From contig MU056550.1 in NCBI GenBank assembly GCA_013239625.1, positions 868,001 to 932,000 of the forward strand: DNA of 64,000 nucleotides, read 5' to 3'. Of this stretch, positions 62,101 through 64,000 are shown one piece after another; positions within the stretch are counted from its first letter, which is position 1; each line of letters begins with the position of its first letter. This DNA comes from Lama guanicoe. Its lineage: Eukaryota. The position numbers and the translations under genes were made by a program. The notes under the pieces were generated by a model, which saw nothing but the letters and a program-made list of their open reading frames with translations, made no database searches and was not told the origin of the DNA.

Positions 62101-62954
62101 TGGAAATTAAGCCTTTGTCGGTTGCATCATTTGCAAGTATTTTCTCCCATTCGATAGGTTGTCTTTCTGTTTTGCTTATGGTTTCCTTTGCTGTGCAAAA
62201 TCTTGTAAGTTTAATTAGGTACCATTTGTTTATTTCTGCTCTTATTTCTATTGCCTGGGTAGACTGCCCTAGGAGAACATTGCTTAAATTTATGTCAGAT
62301 AATGTTTTGTCTATGTTTTCTTCTAAGAGGTCTATAGTATCTTGTCTTATGTTTAAGTCCTTAAGCCATTTTGAGTTTATTTTTGTGTATGGTGTGAGGG
62401 AGCGTTCTAACTTCATTGATTTATATGCTGCTGTCCAGTTATCGCAACACCACTTGCTGAAGAGACTATCTTTACTCTGTTGTATATTCTTGCCTCCTTT
62501 GTCGAAGATTAATTGACCAATGGTCTGTGGGTTTATTTCTGGACTCTATTCTGTTCCATTGATCCATATGTCTTTTTTTGTGCCAATACCACGCTGTTTT
62601 GAGTACTGCACCTTTGTAGTAATGTATCTGAAGTCTGGGTTATGCCTCCAGCTTTGTTCTTTTTCTTCAGTTTTTGGGAATTCTGGGTCTTTTGTGATTC
62701 CATATAAATTTTAGGATTATTTGTTCTAGTTCTATGAAAAATGTCCTGGGTAATTTGATATGGATCACATTAAATTGTAGGTTGCTTAAGGTAGTATGGC
62801 CATTGTAATCAAGATAATTCATGAAAGAGAATTTTTAATGCTGGCTTTCTTCTCTTTTGATTGCTAGAATTTATTCTCTGCGTGAGCCCCAGACACCCAC
62901 TAAGGTTATTATACTTTCAGAAACAGAAGAGGAAAGTCTAATACTCAATAAAGG
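56191..62954 (+). CDS. NUP88: Nucleoporin 88, 5' part only (continues beyond the window): join(56191..56496,[exon 2, ~170 nt, expected in gap 58854..59057],59762..59887,62868..62954,...)
   Basis: [36 protein letters not shown]...[21 protein letters not shown]...SQYQ; [42 protein letters not shown]; [33 protein letters not shown] junctions. Confidence 0.93.
57555..57672 (+). mobile_element. L2 3' end
   Basis: ctagactgtaagcaccaaggcagggg...tgtatccccagtacttcaacatgcctggaacatattagctctcagtaaatattg. Confidence 0.7.
58854..59057. other. N gap (204 nt), expected position of NUP88 exon 2
   Basis: Run of N; exon 2 is not found elsewhere, and exons 1 and 3 are out of phase without it. Confidence 0.9.
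61141..62808 (-). mobile_element. 5'-truncated L1 (3' UTR plus disrupted ORF2 C-terminus), antisense in NUP88 intron 3
   Basis: Minus-strand peptides [18 protein letters not shown]... and [15 protein letters not shown]...[14 protein letters not shown]...[11 protein letters not shown]; A-rich tail (tttatttatt) at ~61141. Confidence 0.93.
61514..61697. other. N gap (184 nt) inside L1
   Basis: Run of N. Confidence 0.99.
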
Positions 62955-64000
62955 GTAAGTTTTTATTTGTGTCATGAAATTGTAAAAATTAGTTTGTTGC
63001 AATTATAGATGCAGTTTTAACAGAGATTGGAAGGGTTTCCTGAGGTGACTTTAGCATGTTTTTGGTAATATGAGAAATAAGCAAAAATAGGCAATGTGAA
63101 TAGGTAACAAGAAGTTAGAAATCTCAATATCATTACTAGCTTGGTCTTTTTTTAAGAAAGTGTAAAAATGTGAATAGCTGAAATGTATTCCCTGTTGTAT
63201 CTTGAATAAGAGAATGAACTAAACATTGCAAAATTACAGAAAAGGTGAAAGGCAAATGTTGGGCTGGAGGCCTGCAGGTGTTCACTCAGTGTAGACGGGC
63301 AGGTGCTGGACCCGCAGACCAGCATCTGGTGCCCCAGAGCCCCTGGGACTCTCCTGTGGCCCTGGCTTCTTTTATGTTTTCTTACCTACTACAGGGGCGA
63401 GTTCCTGGCTGCTTTGACCACTAACAGAATCACCCTTTGAACTCACAATCCCCATTCCTCTGGCCTCCTGATCAGTCTTTCTGGTGATTACTACACAGGA
63501 TCACCCACAGTGTGTGATGTAGAGTGAAGCTTTTAGTAGCAGTATTCCTAGAAATTCCATTTAGTTCTTTTCACGTCTCTGTAGTGGTCATATCTAATAG
63601 TCTTATTTATTTTTGTTTTTCTAACACTTATTCCTTTGAATATTTTATATATAGCTATTCTGTATGTTACTGTTTAAATATCTGAAGTCCTGGGGAGGTG
63701 GGGATCAAATCTGTGTTTGTTCTTCCTCCTGCCCCGCAATCATGGTCACTTTCTCCTGTGATTGCTGATCTCTCATTGTGAACTTATGTTTACTTGATCT
63801 TAATGTTTGGGAATGTTGAGAGCCTGAGTTGAGGGTGTGTGTTCCTCCAGAGAGGAATTTCATCTTCTGGTAGGACTCAGCAGTTGCCACTGACCTTGGG
63901 ACCACTTTAATTCTCTCTGATAGTCCCAGAACTGAAAGCTGCAGTTAAATGATTTTCATGTCTTATACCATCAGCTTCTTAAACTCCAATCCATCCGTAT

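Noticed and set aside
61986-62516. 176-aa plus-strand hydrophobic ORF
   Set aside because: Typical antisense reading of L1 ORF2, not a host gene.
11077-62954. Pseudogenisation of DERL2, DHX33 or NUP88 by exon loss
   Set aside because: Each missing exon coincides with an N-run large enough to contain it, and all visible exons are intact.

Overview
Mammalian genomic DNA, most likely camelid given the tRNA-Ala-derived Vic-1-like SINEs. It carries the conserved block syntenic to human 17p13.2: MIS12(-) <> DERL2(+) > DHX33(+) > C1QBP(+) >< RPAIN(-) <> NUP88(+, 5' part only). Exon/intron structures were reconstructed by hand from splice sites and protein similarity. One coding exon each of DERL2, DHX33 and NUP88 is absent from the called bases, and an N-run lies where each is expected. 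The first ~5 kb is a pile of nested ERV/LTR/L1 remnants, including gag-MA and env-TM fossils. I found no wholly new biological system. The most notable signals are: tandem minor-spliceosome (U12) introns in DERL2; an ERSE and seven CCAAT boxes in the MIS12/DERL2 bidirectional promoter; interleaved convergent poly(A) signals of C1QBP and RPAIN; a candidate in-frame 72-nt RPAIN cassette exon; an AG|GTAAGT recursive-splice-like site between DERL2 and DHX33; and a direct repeat bracketing C1QBP exon 3.
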